Source: the human T2T-CHM13v2.0 reference genome, Homo sapiens. From it: a stretch of 64,000 nt of DNA. Of the stretch, positions 1 through 13,589 are shown piece by piece; within the stretch, counting starts at the first letter, position 1, and every line of letters begins with the position of its first letter. Both the position numbers and the translations under genes were made by a program. The notes under the pieces are model-generated. The model searched no databases. It saw only the letters and a program-made list of their open reading frames with translations, and had not been told where the DNA came from. The stretch lies in assembly GCF_009914755.1 (NCBI RefSeq), contig NC_060935.1; one strand, 5' to 3'.

Positions 1-968
1 CAAAAGAAACTATCAACAGAGTAAACAGACAACATACAGAATGGGAGAAAATATTTGCAAACTATGCATCTGATGAAGGTCCAAAGTCTAGAATCGATGA
101 AGAATTTAAACAAATTAACAAGCAAAAAACAACCCCATTAAAAAGTAGGCAAAGGACATAAACACTTTTCAAAAGAAGACATACATGCAGTCAACAAGCA
201 TATAAAAAATGCTCAACATCACTAATCATCAGATAAAGGCAAATCAAAACCACAGTGAGATACCATATCATACCAGTCAGATGGCTATTATTAAAAATTC
301 AAAAAATAATAAGATGCTGACAAAGTAGCAGAGAAAAAGGAATACTTAAATACGCTGATGGTGGGAATGTAAATTAGTTCAGTCATTGTGGAAAGCGGTG
401 TGGTGATTTCTCAAAGAACTTAAAACAGAATTACCATACCCAGAAATCCCATTACTGGGTATATGCCCAAAGGAATATAAACTGTTCTACCATAAAGACA
501 ATAAGCATGTGTATGTTCATTTCAGCACTATTCACAATAGCAAAGACATGGAATCAACCTAAATGCCCATTAACAATAGACGGGATAAAGAAAATGTGGT
601 ACACGTATACCATGGAATACTACACAGGCATTAAAAAAGAACAAAATTATGTCCTTTGCAGCAACATGGATGGAGCTGCAGGCCATTATCCTAAGTGAAC
701 TAATGCAGAAACAGAAAACCAAATACTGCACGTTCTCAATTATATTTTCGAGCTAAATATTGAGAACACATGGACACAAAGAAGGGAGCAACAGATATTA
801 GGGCCTACTTGAAGGTAGAGGGTGAGAGGAGGAAGAGGATAAAAAAACTACCTATCTGGTACTATGCTTTACCTGGTTGACAAAATAATTTGAATGTCAA
901 ACACTCATGACTCACAATTTATATAACAAAGCTGTATATATAACCCTAATCCTAAAATAAAAGTTAAG
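1..968 (+). mobile_element. L1 3' end (ORF2 C-terminus plus 3'UTR), older L1PA/L1PB type, degenerate
   Basis: MFISALFTIAKTWNQPKCP...KKMWY.YTMEYY ORF2 motif; 3'UTR ending aaaataaaagtt. Confidence 0.9.
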
Positions 969-1049
969 AAAATGGCTAGAAATAAATCATTCAGCTCAGG
1001 AGTATAAAAAAGAGAAACCATCCCCCATTAAAAAAAAAAAAAAGAGCAA

Positions 1050-3190
1050 ACTTCAAAAAAGAAGAATAAAGTGGAAGTCAAAGATATAAGAAACAAATAA
1101 ATGATTGAGAAAATGCATAAAGCCAAAAGATGTTCTTAAAAATTTAATGTCAGACCAATGAAAATCAGATTTTTAATAACACGGTTATGAAAAAATACAG
1201 AGCAAAATAAGGAAATAACTTTTGACATAAGATTTTTCAATGATGCAAGGGTGTTGTGAACTATATATATAAGGATATTTATGAGCTATAGGCAAATACA
1301 CCTAAATATGTACCTAAATAAATGGATCAATTCCCAGTGAAGTATAAAAAAAAAAAATGGCAAAATAGATGAAAGACTAATAAAAAATCATATAGACTAG
1401 TAAGTACTAAATTAAAATGGTAGCCATGCTCTTCCTCCCTCTCCCTAATCCCAAGGCTCTAAGAGTTTTATAGCTGAGTTCTAGCAAACATGTAATTAAC
1501 TTAATTACTATTACAATACATAGTTTTCAAAAGTAGAGAGTGAAAATTGCCAACTTATTTTATGTAGCTAGTATAATCTTGGATTCCAAGACCAGATAAG
1601 AATGATACAAATAAAATTAAATTACAGGCACATTTGTAAATTTTGTAAATATACAAAAATCCTAAATAAAATATTAGCTAATTAAATTCAGTAATATATC
1701 AAATATATGCATCATGATCAGACAGTTTATGATAGGAATGCAAGGATCGTTCAACATGAGAAAAATCTATTAACACAATTCACTATATTAATAGACTATA
1801 GAATAAATCCATGATAATCTCAACTGATGCAGAACAATCAAGTGCTATAAAGTTCAGGAAGTTCAACACCGATGTATTCTCTTAAAAACACTTGTAGCAA
1901 ACTAGAGGAAAAAAATAAACTCCCTAAAGTGGCAAAGGTTAAATATCAAGAACTTTAAGCTTAATGGAGAAACTTCACATATATTCCCTTTACAATGGTA
2001 ACAAGAATGACCACCGTCACTGCTGCTTTCAACACAGCACTAGAGATTCTGGCAAATACTATAAGAAAAAGAACTAAGAGCTACAAGAATTAGAAGCAAA
2101 AATATAAAATGTCATTATTTGCATAGTTATGACCATCTACCTAGAAAAAGAGTATACAATGAACTATAAATTAAGAGAGTTCAGCAAAACTATCAGATAC
2201 AATAAATAGTTTAATGACTCAGCAATCAACTACTAGAAAGTAAGATACCATTCACACCAGAAAAAAAACCCTATCTTAACCAAGAATACAAATAATTATT
2301 TGAAGAAAACTTTCACATTCCAATAAAGAAGAAAGATTATCTAAATAAAAGGAGAAGCATGCTTCCACGCTCTTGGATGCAGTAACTTAAATTCAATACA
2401 TTCCAGTCAAATATTCAGATGGCTATTCTGAGGAACGCAATAGACTTCTGTTCCTTAAAATTGACAAGGAAGGAAATAAGTTGGTAAAGACAAGTAAACC
2501 AAACAGGAAGACTACCAGATACTGACATATCACCAAAACTACAGTAGTAAAATCAGAAGAGACAAATAGACCAGTAGAACAGAGCAGAGGGCTCAGAGAC
2601 TAACCAATGTGCTTCTTTATCTACAAAAACATATTAACAATAGAGGTGGCATTAAAAATCAAAGACAGAGGTAAGGATTATTTACCAGATAGCATTATGA
2701 AAACTGATTAACTATATGAGATAAAATAAAACTGGATTCCAACTTAATACCATATACAATGGTTAAGTATATAGATCAAGTAAGTACTTAAATGTTAAGG
2801 GGAAAACTATAAAATTAATGAAAAAAGATGGAATTAATGAAAAAAAAGATGGAATTTGAAAACATTTACCACTGTTAAATGAATCCAAGAGCCAGTCCTT
2901 TGAGAGGAAAAATATTAATAACAAAGTAGATAAATCACAAGCTAGTTAATCAAAGGGGGGAAAAGGAGCACAAATAGAAAAAAATAAAAATAAGATTAGG
3001 GAAATAGCAACTACAACCTTTAAAAATAACTGGAACAAAAGTTTTCTCAAATTCTTTCAAATTTTCAAAGAACAGATTATTTGATGCTATGAAATTATCC
3101 CAAGGCATCAAAAACTGTTCAAGGCATCAGAAACGAAAAACTCTTCAAGACGTCAGAAATAAAGTGAAACATAAGGCCAGTAAAATCCAG
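1050..3190 (+). mobile_element. Ancient L1M ORF2 fragments
   Basis: A-rich decayed ORF2-like segments (ggaatgcaaggatcgttcaacatgagaaaa; atctcaactgatgcagaa; gtcattatttgcatag); boundaries approximate. Confidence 0.65.
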
Positions 3191-3204
3191 CAGCACTTGA
3201 ATTC

Positions 3205-4174
3205 ATAATCTACTACCATATCACTAATTACTTCAACATTTAGTAGCTTAAAACAACAATAATTATTTACTATTTCTTATTTTTTTTTCTGGGTCAGAAA
3301 TTCAGGAGTGGCTTAGCTAGGCAGCTCTGGTTTGGATCTCACAAGATAAGTTGTTGGTTACATCTGCAGTCATCAAAAGGCTTGACTGAGAAGGATTCAA
3401 TTCCAGGGTGGCTAACTCCCATGGCTGGCAGGCTGGTCTAAATGTTGATGAGAGATCTGTTTTTTCTCCACGTGGTCCTTTCAAGTGGCGGGGGCTATCT
3501 GTCAGCATGGTGCAAGTTGCCCAAAAGAAAGTCAAGCAAAAGCTGCATTGTTTTTATGACTTAGCCTTGGAGGTCACATCCTATCACTTCTACTGTACTC
3601 CACTGATGAGGCAATCACAAGCCATGGCTGTATTTGAGAGGGGTGGGACACAGACCCCACCTTTCAGTGGAAACAATGTCAGTCACATCATAAGAAGAGC
3701 ATGAAAACAGCATAAATTGTAAGTGTTGGGAAAAAGCTGAGTGTTGTGAAGGAAACTGAGGCAGGGTTTGCATAATGTCCTTTGGAATGTGTCTAGACTT
3801 GCTGGCTCCTTGCTTCTAGCCCTCCTAGGCTCCTATTCCCACTATCTAAAGTAGCAGAACATGTTCCATATAAATGCTAAACTATCGCAGCTGTAAATCA
3901 TGTGCTTAATGCAACGTGTCCTTTTGACCTCCACATTCTCACCACCTGTTTCTCTGTTGGATTACCAATAAATAGCGTGGGCTCCCAGAGCTTGGGGCCT
4001 TCGCAGCCTCCGTACAATAGCGATGGCCTCCTGGTGTTCCCACCTTTTTTTCTCTCTCACTGTCTTTTTCTCAATCCTTTGACTCCGCCGGACTTTGTCA
4101 CCCCCACGACCTGGTGTTGGGTCTGATCACCCCAACAATAAGTAAGGCCATCTTTGGAAAATTCAATCTGTTAT
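3205..4174. mobile_element. MLT1-type MaLR LTR, split by the solo LTR at 3724-4137
   Basis: tagcttaaaacaacaa...ctgggtcagaaattcaggagtggcttagct; resumes after the insertion with ggccatctttggaaaattcaatctg. Confidence 0.7.
3724..4137 (+). mobile_element. Solo ERVK-class LTR (LTR3/HML-6-like)
   Basis: Termini TGTTGGG...CCCAACA, internal TATAAA (~3869) and AATAAA (~3967), flanking GTAAG/ATAAG target-site duplication; family name from recall. Confidence 0.75.
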
Positions 4175-4971
4175 AATACCAAAGCATATTATATCATGGT
4201 AAAGTGGTAGTTTATTCCAGAAAGAAAAGGAAGGTTCAAATTAGGAAAGCTATTAACTTTAAGCTTTTATAATAACATCAAATAAGAAAAGCCATATGAT
4301 TATTGTAATGGATGCCAAAAAGTATACTTATTAAAATTCAACATGCATCCTTCATTTAAAACTACAGACAAAGCATGCAAAACAAAACAAAGCAGAAGAC
4401 ATACAAACATATCTTAAACCCAAAGATAAAGCATTAAAGTCATTCTCATTAAAACTGGAAACTTGACAAGGATACTGCAAGTCCACAACTTTTAAACTAC
4501 TGTGAAACTACGGCATAATGCAATTAGACAAAATTATCTGTAGAGGATATGACTGCATATCTGAGAGATCCAAGAAAATCAGCTGAAAACTACTGGCAAT
4601 GATAAGGGAATTCATGATCCCAGAAATTCTGTTACTAGAATTATAAACTAGACATTACACATGTATACCAAAAGATCTGTACAAGAACAGTTAGAGCATA
4701 ATAAATGCTGTAACAGCAAAAAACTAAAGCAATCCAAAAAGTCCAACAACAAAACAGATAAGTTGTTCATACTATGAAATAGTACACAGCTGTGAAAATG
4801 AACAGCTACATGAATCAACATCGATGCACTGTAAAATTTAGCATTATGCAAAAGAAGCCATTCATGGAAGAATATATAGTGATTCAATTTTACAATGTTC
4901 AAAAATATGCAAAACTAAACAATTGTGTTTAGAAATGTACCTGTAGTTAAAAGCGCAGGAAAAAACAATTA

Positions 4972-5352
<381 letters not shown>

Positions 5353-5475
5353 TTAAATTGTACGTATGTTTTCATATATTCTTTTGCTTATAGGAAATAC
5401 ATCATAATAAAGTTCAAATTACATAAAATCTAAGAGTATACAAAAAGAGTTCAGACATATAAATAATAATTAGAA

Positions 5476-5565
5476 TTTTTTTTTTTTTTTTTTTGAGACA
5501 GAGTCTCGCTCTGTTGCCCACGCTGGAGTGCGGTGGCATGATCTCGGCTCACTGCAAGCTCTGCC
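5476..5565 (-). mobile_element. 5'-truncated Alu 3' fragment (AluY-like)
   Basis: Poly-T then gagacagagtctcgctctgttgccc...cactgcaagctctgcc. Confidence 0.85.
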
Positions 5566-5680
5566 TAAATGAAATTTATAATAGCAATAAGAATATAAAT
5601 TCCTAAAAATAAATTTACCAAAAATACCAGAACCTATATAAAGATAGTTTTAGAATTTTGAGGGCTAAAAATAGGGTTGG

Positions 5681-5989
5681 GGTCGGGTGCGGTGGCTCAT
5701 GCCTGTAATCCCATCACTTTGGGAGGCCAAGGTGGGCGGATCACTTCAGGTCAGGAGTTCGAGACTAGCCTGGCCAACATGGTGAAACCTTGTCTCTATT
5801 AAAGATACAAAAATTAGCCAGATGTGGGGCTCACCCGTGTAATCCCAGCTACTTGGGAGGCTGAAGCATGAGAATCACTTTAACCTGGGAGACAGAGGTT
5901 GCAGTGAGCCAAGAGTGTGCCACTGAACTCCAGCCTGGGCAACAGAGCAAGATGACTCTGTCTCAAAACAACAACAACAACAACAACAA
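5681..5989 (+). mobile_element. AluS with (CAA)n tail
   Basis: Full dimer; TSD AAATAGGGTTG/AAATAGGCTTG. Confidence 0.93.
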
Positions 5990-7871
5990 ATAGGCTTGAA
6001 AAAACAAGATGACTCTGCTCAGTCTTAGGAGAAATAAATATAATTTTGTTCTAACTAAACTTATCTCTATTTTCAAGCAGATTTAATCAAGATATTAATC
6101 TTGATTTTGATGTGGGGTTGGAGGAGCTGTAACAAACTGATTTTCAAATGCTTTTGAAAGAAAACCATTTTGAAAGTGGAATAATGAGGAGAGGCTAATT
6201 CAATGGCATATTAAAACTTTAATAAGGACTCTGCAATTCATAACATGGCTTGACATAGAAGTAGAGAAGATCAATGGAAACGGGTACAAATCCAGAAATG
6301 GACACAAGTACAACAGTGCATTTTACACATGACAAAGGTTACATCAAATTTGTGGGGAAAAGATGGCTTATTCAATCAATGATGTTGGGACAAATGATGA
6401 CATCTGGCAAAAAAAAAAAATTAAGCTTGATACTCTGTCTCAATTCTTACGTCTTAGTGACTAAAAAGAATTATATCAGATATGCATTATAGTTCAAATA
6501 ATAGCTAACAATGCAATCAATTGTTAGTTCTTCATGTCCAGCACTGTTCTAAGTTATTTTTACATGTATGATCTTGTTTAACATTCTTAACAGCCCTACA
6601 CAGCAGCTGTTATTTCTCCACTATAAAGATGAAAGCCTAGCTAAGTGATTCAATCTAGTTCACAGTATTAAGAAGTGACAGACATGCAATAAGCTTAGGT
6701 AGTGGATGTAGAGCCTGTACTATGACCAATGTGCTATATTGATTAAACATAATGAAAGGTTAGTATATACTTATTATCTAAAACTTATTATATATATGTT
6801 CCTTTTACATCTTTTTGACCAAAATGGAAATCATCAGAATATTATTCTGTGGAAAAAGCCATCCTCTCTCATTTTTATCTTCACTGAGTGAAAAAGAAAT
6901 GCTACATTCTTCTTCATTGCGTATTAAATGCACTACATATAAAGGGACAACAATAAAAACATTCTGATACCAGTGTAAGAATTGAGAAGAGGCTCCACAA
7001 AACAAGACAGCCTCAAAAGTAATCTTTGTATACATATGTGTATGTGTAATTTGTATATGAAAAGGTAGCACCACAGTCAGTAGAGAAGATAAATGTTAGT
7101 AGAAAAATTAAATAACCTAAGTAGGAAGTAAAAAGAATGTTTAAATTCTGTCATTTCTCACATCAAAATAAATTCTTGATAGATTTAAAAATTAAATGTT
7201 TAAAATAACACAATTAAGAAACAGGAAAATGAAAGCAATTACATATTAAATTTGGAAGTGAAGAAGAGATTTCAAAGCACAGAACTATATAAGTAAAAGA
7301 AATGAGATTTCATTTTATGCAAATTTAAAACTTATATAAACAAGTCCTTAAAGTAAAAGGCAAATGATAAACTAGGAGAAATATTTACAGCATATGAGAA
7401 ATGATTTATATGTTTTCCACACAAGAATATCTAATATCAAGTGGAAACAAAAAATTCAGTAGGAAAACAGTGATGTATATCAAAAGGCAATTCATCAAAG
7501 AAGGAATATAAAGAGTCAACGAATATATGTGAAAAAGTCAACCCTACTAAGGATTAAAAAGGATGCAAATCAAGGCAAAATTTAAAACTTAATACTCAAT
7601 GCTGGCAAAGGCTCAGTAAGATAGAATCATTCATCAAATGGTTGTAGGAGTTCAAGTTCACATAACATTTCTAAAAGAGAACTTCAGTTTTTCAAAAGCC
7701 TAAAACATGCTTATATCCTTTGATTCTGTTTTCCTATTTCTCAGAGTATATCTTGAGAAAATAAAAAGACATATACTTAACAAATTATGTATAAGAATAT
7801 TTATTATAAGATATTTATAACAACAACATATTGGGAAATACTTAAATTTTCCCCAGTAAAAAGCAAACTTA

Positions 7872-8159
<288 letters not shown>

Positions 8160-8823
8160 CTAGAATGGAACACTATACAGTCATTAAAACTCATGCTACC
8201 AAAACATGCTTGGAAAAATGCTCATTATATGTTAAGTGAAAAACGTATACAAATAACAGCTATTCATACATTGAATAAATATTTACTGAGTGCTTAGTAT
8301 ACGCACAGTACACTTCTATATACTGGGAACATTTCCTTCCCTCATGGAGACTATTTGTCATGAGTCAAATTTTTTAATTTAATGTTTTATATATACTAAT
8401 CTTTTTATATACGTGTGTGCATATACCTAAGTTTATATTTGTACATGTGTATGAACATGTATACATACATATCAGTATTTGTACAGACTAGTGAGTACAT
8501 ATATACAATAAGTATTAAATAAAAGACTACAAGTAAATACACCCAAAGGTCAACAATGGCTGTCAATATGGTTCATGTGAAGAGATGCACAAGAATAAAT
8601 AACAAATTTAAACATTAATTGCCTTCCACAATGTGGCTTTATACATTCATGTTTCACTTCCCTGTCACTAGCCTGGTTTCCTTATTTGTTCCCTCAAATT
8701 GTACCTGAGAGTAAATGATGGCTTTCCTATTTAGAATATCTTCCTACTCATAATTGTTCAAATCTGAGTTTCTGTTGCTGTGTTTTAAGTGCCACTCATT
8801 CTGGCACTGTTTAATGTCGATAA

Positions 8824-9178
<355 letters not shown>

Positions 9179-10450
9179 GATGACATTCTTATAATTCTTT
9201 ATCTCAGAACACCAAGAACAGCATGAATTATACACTAGACTTGAGTGACTGAATGAATGAATGAGTAAATGTTGGGAAAAGACACTGGGTTGGGGCAGGG
9301 TCAAGTCTGCACGCTCGAAAATTTCACAGGCAAGCGAGGAACGTTTTCTGTCCAGTCATCCATCCATCCTCATTGCCACCTCCACCACCCATGGAGAATG
9401 CAGGGACATTTTGTAAATGAGAAAAGACAATCATCCTCACTTGGGATCAGACTATGAGGGAAACAGTGTACATTCCTTCCTCCTTTGTGTTCCTCTTCTG
9501 GGGAAGGGTAGAGTGCTGAGACGGCTGAGCTGAGGAGGAAGGCAGACTGAAAACCTGGGTATGGCTTTAAATTCCCAAATTCATTAAATTTCCCATATAC
9601 TAACTGGGTATGACGCACACATCTCCTAGCAAGAGGTCCAAAAGAAGCCTATGAATGCTCTTGTTTCCTTTCAACGACCAGAAAGGAGAGCTATGAACAC
9701 TGGCACCTTGAAATTTATTTCCAACCCTCTAGAAACTTCAAAAGATACAACTCACTTATTTATTGAGATTATTATTACTACTAACAATAATAGGAAAGCA
9801 CCAGCACACTTAAATAGTATCTATTCTCAAGGTATTTTTCTTATTTTGTTCAGTTTAAGTAGAAAATCATTCCATTGTCCTCCCCTGCTTGCTAAACAGG
9901 AATACTGGATTTACTATCAGAAAAGTACCTGGAGTCTTAGAGAAGTATCCCAGAACTGGAGCTCCCAGGTCCTGATCAAAGTCTCAACTGTGCCATCAAG
10001 CACTTGTAGAACTTTAAAGAGGACCAAACTTATAGATCTCCAAGATCTCAGTTTCCTTACCTGTAAAATGGGGGCATGAGCCTTTGCCACCCCAGTCCTT
10101 CCTTGCTGATCAAAGGTAGGTTCCTGGGCAAAGTAATAAGCAATTAGTTAACCCTCTTTCTCTAGGGAAAAAACGTTTCATGCGTGCCCCAAGAGCAGGA
10201 CAGGTTTGGGCTCCCCCAACGCGTCACGGGCTGCCCAAGTGTAAGCACCAGAGAACCAGACACACGAACGGTTCTCTAGGAGCGGGATCTCCCGGTCTCG
10301 GCCACAGACCCGGGGGTCCCCTGCTCCTGCACTGAAGACGCGCGCGGCCTCCGTTGCTTATCCAGATCCCCGGCCAGAACTCTGCCCCGGCACCGAACAC
10401 CGGGCACCCATACCCCGGGGCCCAAGCTGCTTCTGCCCTCCTCTACTTGC

Positions 10451-10710
10451 CTTTATTAAGTCTTAACGTGGGAGAGAAGCCGTGATGTACCCATCTACAC
10501 GGGTGTCTCTGGGGTTTCTAAACCGGAGTAGCTTCTCAGTCCCTGACCCTCGATTTTCTGCCCCTCTTCCTTCAAGCACAGCTCGTCTTGCCCTGTCCGC
10601 TTCTGGCTCAGTCCTCCTGAGAGTTCATGTCACTTAACGGAGCCTGTGAGAGTGGACCGGGATGGCCAAAACACTCAGTCCACACAAACAATGGCCGCAG
10701 CCCGGCTGGA
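10451..10710 (-). other. ZNF214: Probable non-coding exon 1 of ZNF214 (window 1-10450 would be its intron 1)
   Basis: Minus-strand donor AAAG|GCAAGT at 10451/10450 inside the CpG island. The gene name comes from recalled synteny only; TSS approximate. Confidence 0.55.
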
Positions 10711-10849
10711 CCGAAACGGAAGTCCCAGGTCTTGGAGTAGACACTCGCAGTGTTTCCATGGATACGGGAGGGGCGGGGCGGGAAGAGAGAGCGCGGGAAA
10801 ACGTGACTCCTGATTGGCCAGAAGTATCCCGCGCCTCCCGACCTTTGGC

Positions 10850-11148
10850 CGCTGGCATTCCTGCGCGGGCGGGAGCTGCGGGCGCTCGGGGGATAAGGCG
10901 AGGACGCACCAGCATTAATGGAATAGGAGAACTCCCGAAGCTTTTAGGGCCCTGGGAAAGGGGGCGTGGCTGGAAACGGAGCTACTGGCTTCGGAGAATT
11001 CTGTGACCCTCACCACCGCGACGACCCCGAGGAAACGCTGTCAGGTCGCCTTTGGTTGGCAAGGCGTGGTTGTCCTCGCTGTCCCGCGCCTTGGCGGAAT
11101 GGGCACCTCACTAGCCCTGGCACTAGCTAGCATCGCTCTAAACTCAAG
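10850..11148 (+). other. NLRP14: Probable non-coding exon 1 of NLRP14 (start approximate)
   Basis: Lies downstream of the promoter motifs; candidate donor CTCAAG|gttaga at 11148/11149; exon 2 has an acceptor upstream of its ATG, so an upstream non-coding exon is required. Confidence 0.6.
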
Positions 11149-12010
11149 GTTAGAGGTTTTCAAATTCCGTCCTATTGTTGCCAGACACCCTCTTCGTTCC
11201 TGGTCCAGTGAGGCTTTCCTCCCTCCCGCCTTCTTGCCAAATCCCAGGCTCCTCTGGAGACTCCAGGCAGAGAAGGGAAACGCACAGTGGAGCTGAAATG
11301 AAGCCATGAGAAGGAGCCCCTCCTCAGTGTCCTGGGACCACAGAGAGTTGCAAGAGCCTGTTCTATTATTTAGCTGAGTGTGTTATATTAGGAAAATACT
11401 TTCGCATCTTTGGGCCCTGTCCTTCAAACTTGGGCTGGATCAGTAATATTCAAACATTTTATTAGGCAAGGAACTTTTGGTAGGATAGTCATTACAAGCA
11501 AGGGACTCCTTGGATTCAAATCTGACAACACCACTTACGAGATCTTGGCTGGATTACCTAACCTTTAAGCATCAGCTTAATAGGCGTAATATTGATAGCC
11601 AATAATAATAGTAACTATGTAACAGACTTGTTAGATTGAAATGAGTTAGTGTAGTTAAAATGCTTAAACCAGCCCCTTGCACATAGGAAGTAGTCTTGTG
11701 AACTATATATTTACAGTTTGGTGTTTAGCAGGGGTGGGTGGCCCAGCGCCTATCTGCTTGAGTTCACCACACAATAAGCTCTTGCATTTTTTATGACTCT
11801 GGAGACCACATTTTGAAAATTACTGGGCGTGGGCCTTCCCTGGTTTGAACATTCAGAGAGCATAGCATAGCATTTTAAAAATGTGGGCTTTGTTGTCTGA
11901 CGGAACTGACATTAAGAGCTGTCAATCATTGTTATCCACTAGGTGGTGGTAAGCAAGTTGTTTAACCGCTCACCCTTAAGTATTTTCACCTGTAAATTGC
12001 AATGTATTTA

Positions 12011-12120
12011 TTTATTTATTTTTTATTATACTGTAAGTTTTAGGGTACATGTGCACAACGTCCAGGTCAGGTTTGTTACCTATGTATACATGTGCCATGT
12101 TGGTGTGCTGCACCCATTAA
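12011..12120 (-). mobile_element. Very short L1PA 3'-end insertion
   Basis: ttattatactgtaagttttagggtacatgtgcacaacg...gctgcacccattaa; TSD GCAATGTATTTA at 11999-12010 and 12180-12191. Confidence 0.9.
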
Positions 12121-12123
12121 ATC

Positions 12124-12232
12124 TGTCTCTGCATTCAGTAATTCAACTATCAATTGCGGCTATTTAAATACATTAAAAAGCAATGTATTTAAATAGCCGC
12201 AATTGATAGTTGAATTACTGAATGCAGAGACA
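12124..12232. repeat. Perfect inverted repeat, 51-bp arms with a 7-nt loop
   Basis: 12124-12174 is the exact reverse complement of 12182-12232. Confidence 0.97.
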
Positions 12233-13589
12233 TTGACCGGTAAGAACGAACACTGGAAGTGGGCTGTTCTGCCACACTGCTTCCAACCTGAGAATATTAC
12301 CTGAACCTCAATGAACTAACCAAAATTAAAAGAAAAAAAAAAAGCTAAGAGGATCCAGTTTTCAGAGAAACAAAATGTGTATCTGAAGGAATATACCTGC
12401 TAAAGGGCAGAGGCCAATATGAATAACAAAGAGCACCAAGTATAGCATACGCAAGACTTTTAGGAATGAATTCTACCCAGTTACAGTTTGGGGTTTAGCA
12501 GGGGTGCCTGGCCTAGAGCCTATCTGCCTCCGTCCACCACACAGTGAGCATCTGCATTTTTTATGACTCTGGAAGCTACATTTTGAAAATTATTGGTCAT
12601 GGACCCTCCCTGGCTTGAATGTGCAGAGACCCAAAGCACCAGCTTTGATGGGGGTCCTGGGAGCAGTCACCAGATGCCTAGAGATGTACCCAGGGTAGGA
12701 GTGAAGAAACTACCTTGCATGGGAAGAGAGGGATAGCCCAAGTTCCTAGTCCAAGATGTTGCAGATTCTTCATAGCAAATAATTGAAGAATCTAAGAATA
12801 TGACTGTGGCTTGAAGGCATAGAATTTTCCATAATTTTGGTTAATGTCACATAACTAAGAACAAAAATTGGAGTCAAGTCTGACAAGACAGCAAGGGATT
12901 TAGGGGCCAAGATCCTGATGAAAAGGGAATCTTTAAGCAGCCAACCTAAAACTTGGTGGTTTTCTCTTCAAACATTAGCAGAATTCTTAAGATGAACAGG
13001 GAAAGAAGATAAGAAGAAAGCTGTTGAAGTGCACAGAAAATTTTCAGAAGTCTCATCACAGATCAGAGGAGATAAAGATTATAGTTCAAAACCCACCAAG
13101 GAATAGATACCCAACTAGAATTCCTGGAGAGCAAAAGAATAAGAACAGAAGCAAACTGGCAATAAATAGAGATATAGCTGCAATTCAACTTTGAGTCAGC
13201 TCCATACCTGACTGGATTGTTATTATCTGCCCCCTCTCTATCTGCCTATGAGAGGAACTCTCTCAGGAGGAATATTATCATTCAGAACTTCTACAGTGTT
13301 TCGTATACAATGTCTGATAATTCACCCAAAAATTATAAGGACAGAAAGAAAGACAATAGAAACAAATTCATGGATGACTAAATTATTGAGCCAACAAATA
13401 TATATTTTAAACATAATGGTGATTAATATGTTCAGTAATGGTGAAGAGTTGACAAGATCAGGAATTTTAATTGAAAATCAAATTAAAATTTTATGAATAA
13501 AAATAAAATTGAGAATGTAATAGGTGTGTATGACAGCAGATCAGATCCACCAGAGAAGAGGAAAGAATACGAATACCTGAATGAGAAGA

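Larger units (their letters stand above)
10180..11290. promoter_or_regulatory. CpG island, probable bidirectional promoter for NLRP14 (+) and ZNF214 (-)
   Basis: Dense CpG/GC in an AT-rich background. ETS CGGAAGT 10717-10723, RFX X-box GTTTCCATGGATAC 10752-10765, GC boxes 10770-10782, reverse CCAAT (ATTGG 10813-10817), GGGGCGTGGC 10961-10970. The head-to-head arrangement is recalled knowledge. Confidence 0.85.
11711..12630 (+). repeat. Diverged 150-bp direct duplication (11711-11860 and 12481-12630)
   Basis: Both copies read ttacagtttgg(t/g)gtttagcaggggtg...tgcattttttatgactctgga...cattttgaaaatta...cagaga. Confidence 0.9.

Noticed and set aside
2813-2856. Short tandem duplication aattaatgaaaaaagatgg x2
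   Set aside because: Ordinary slippage inside decayed L1.
10634-11307. Several 88-114 aa ORFs on both strands
   Set aside because: Typical stop-poor CpG-island frames; only the ATG at 11099 was kept, as a uORF.
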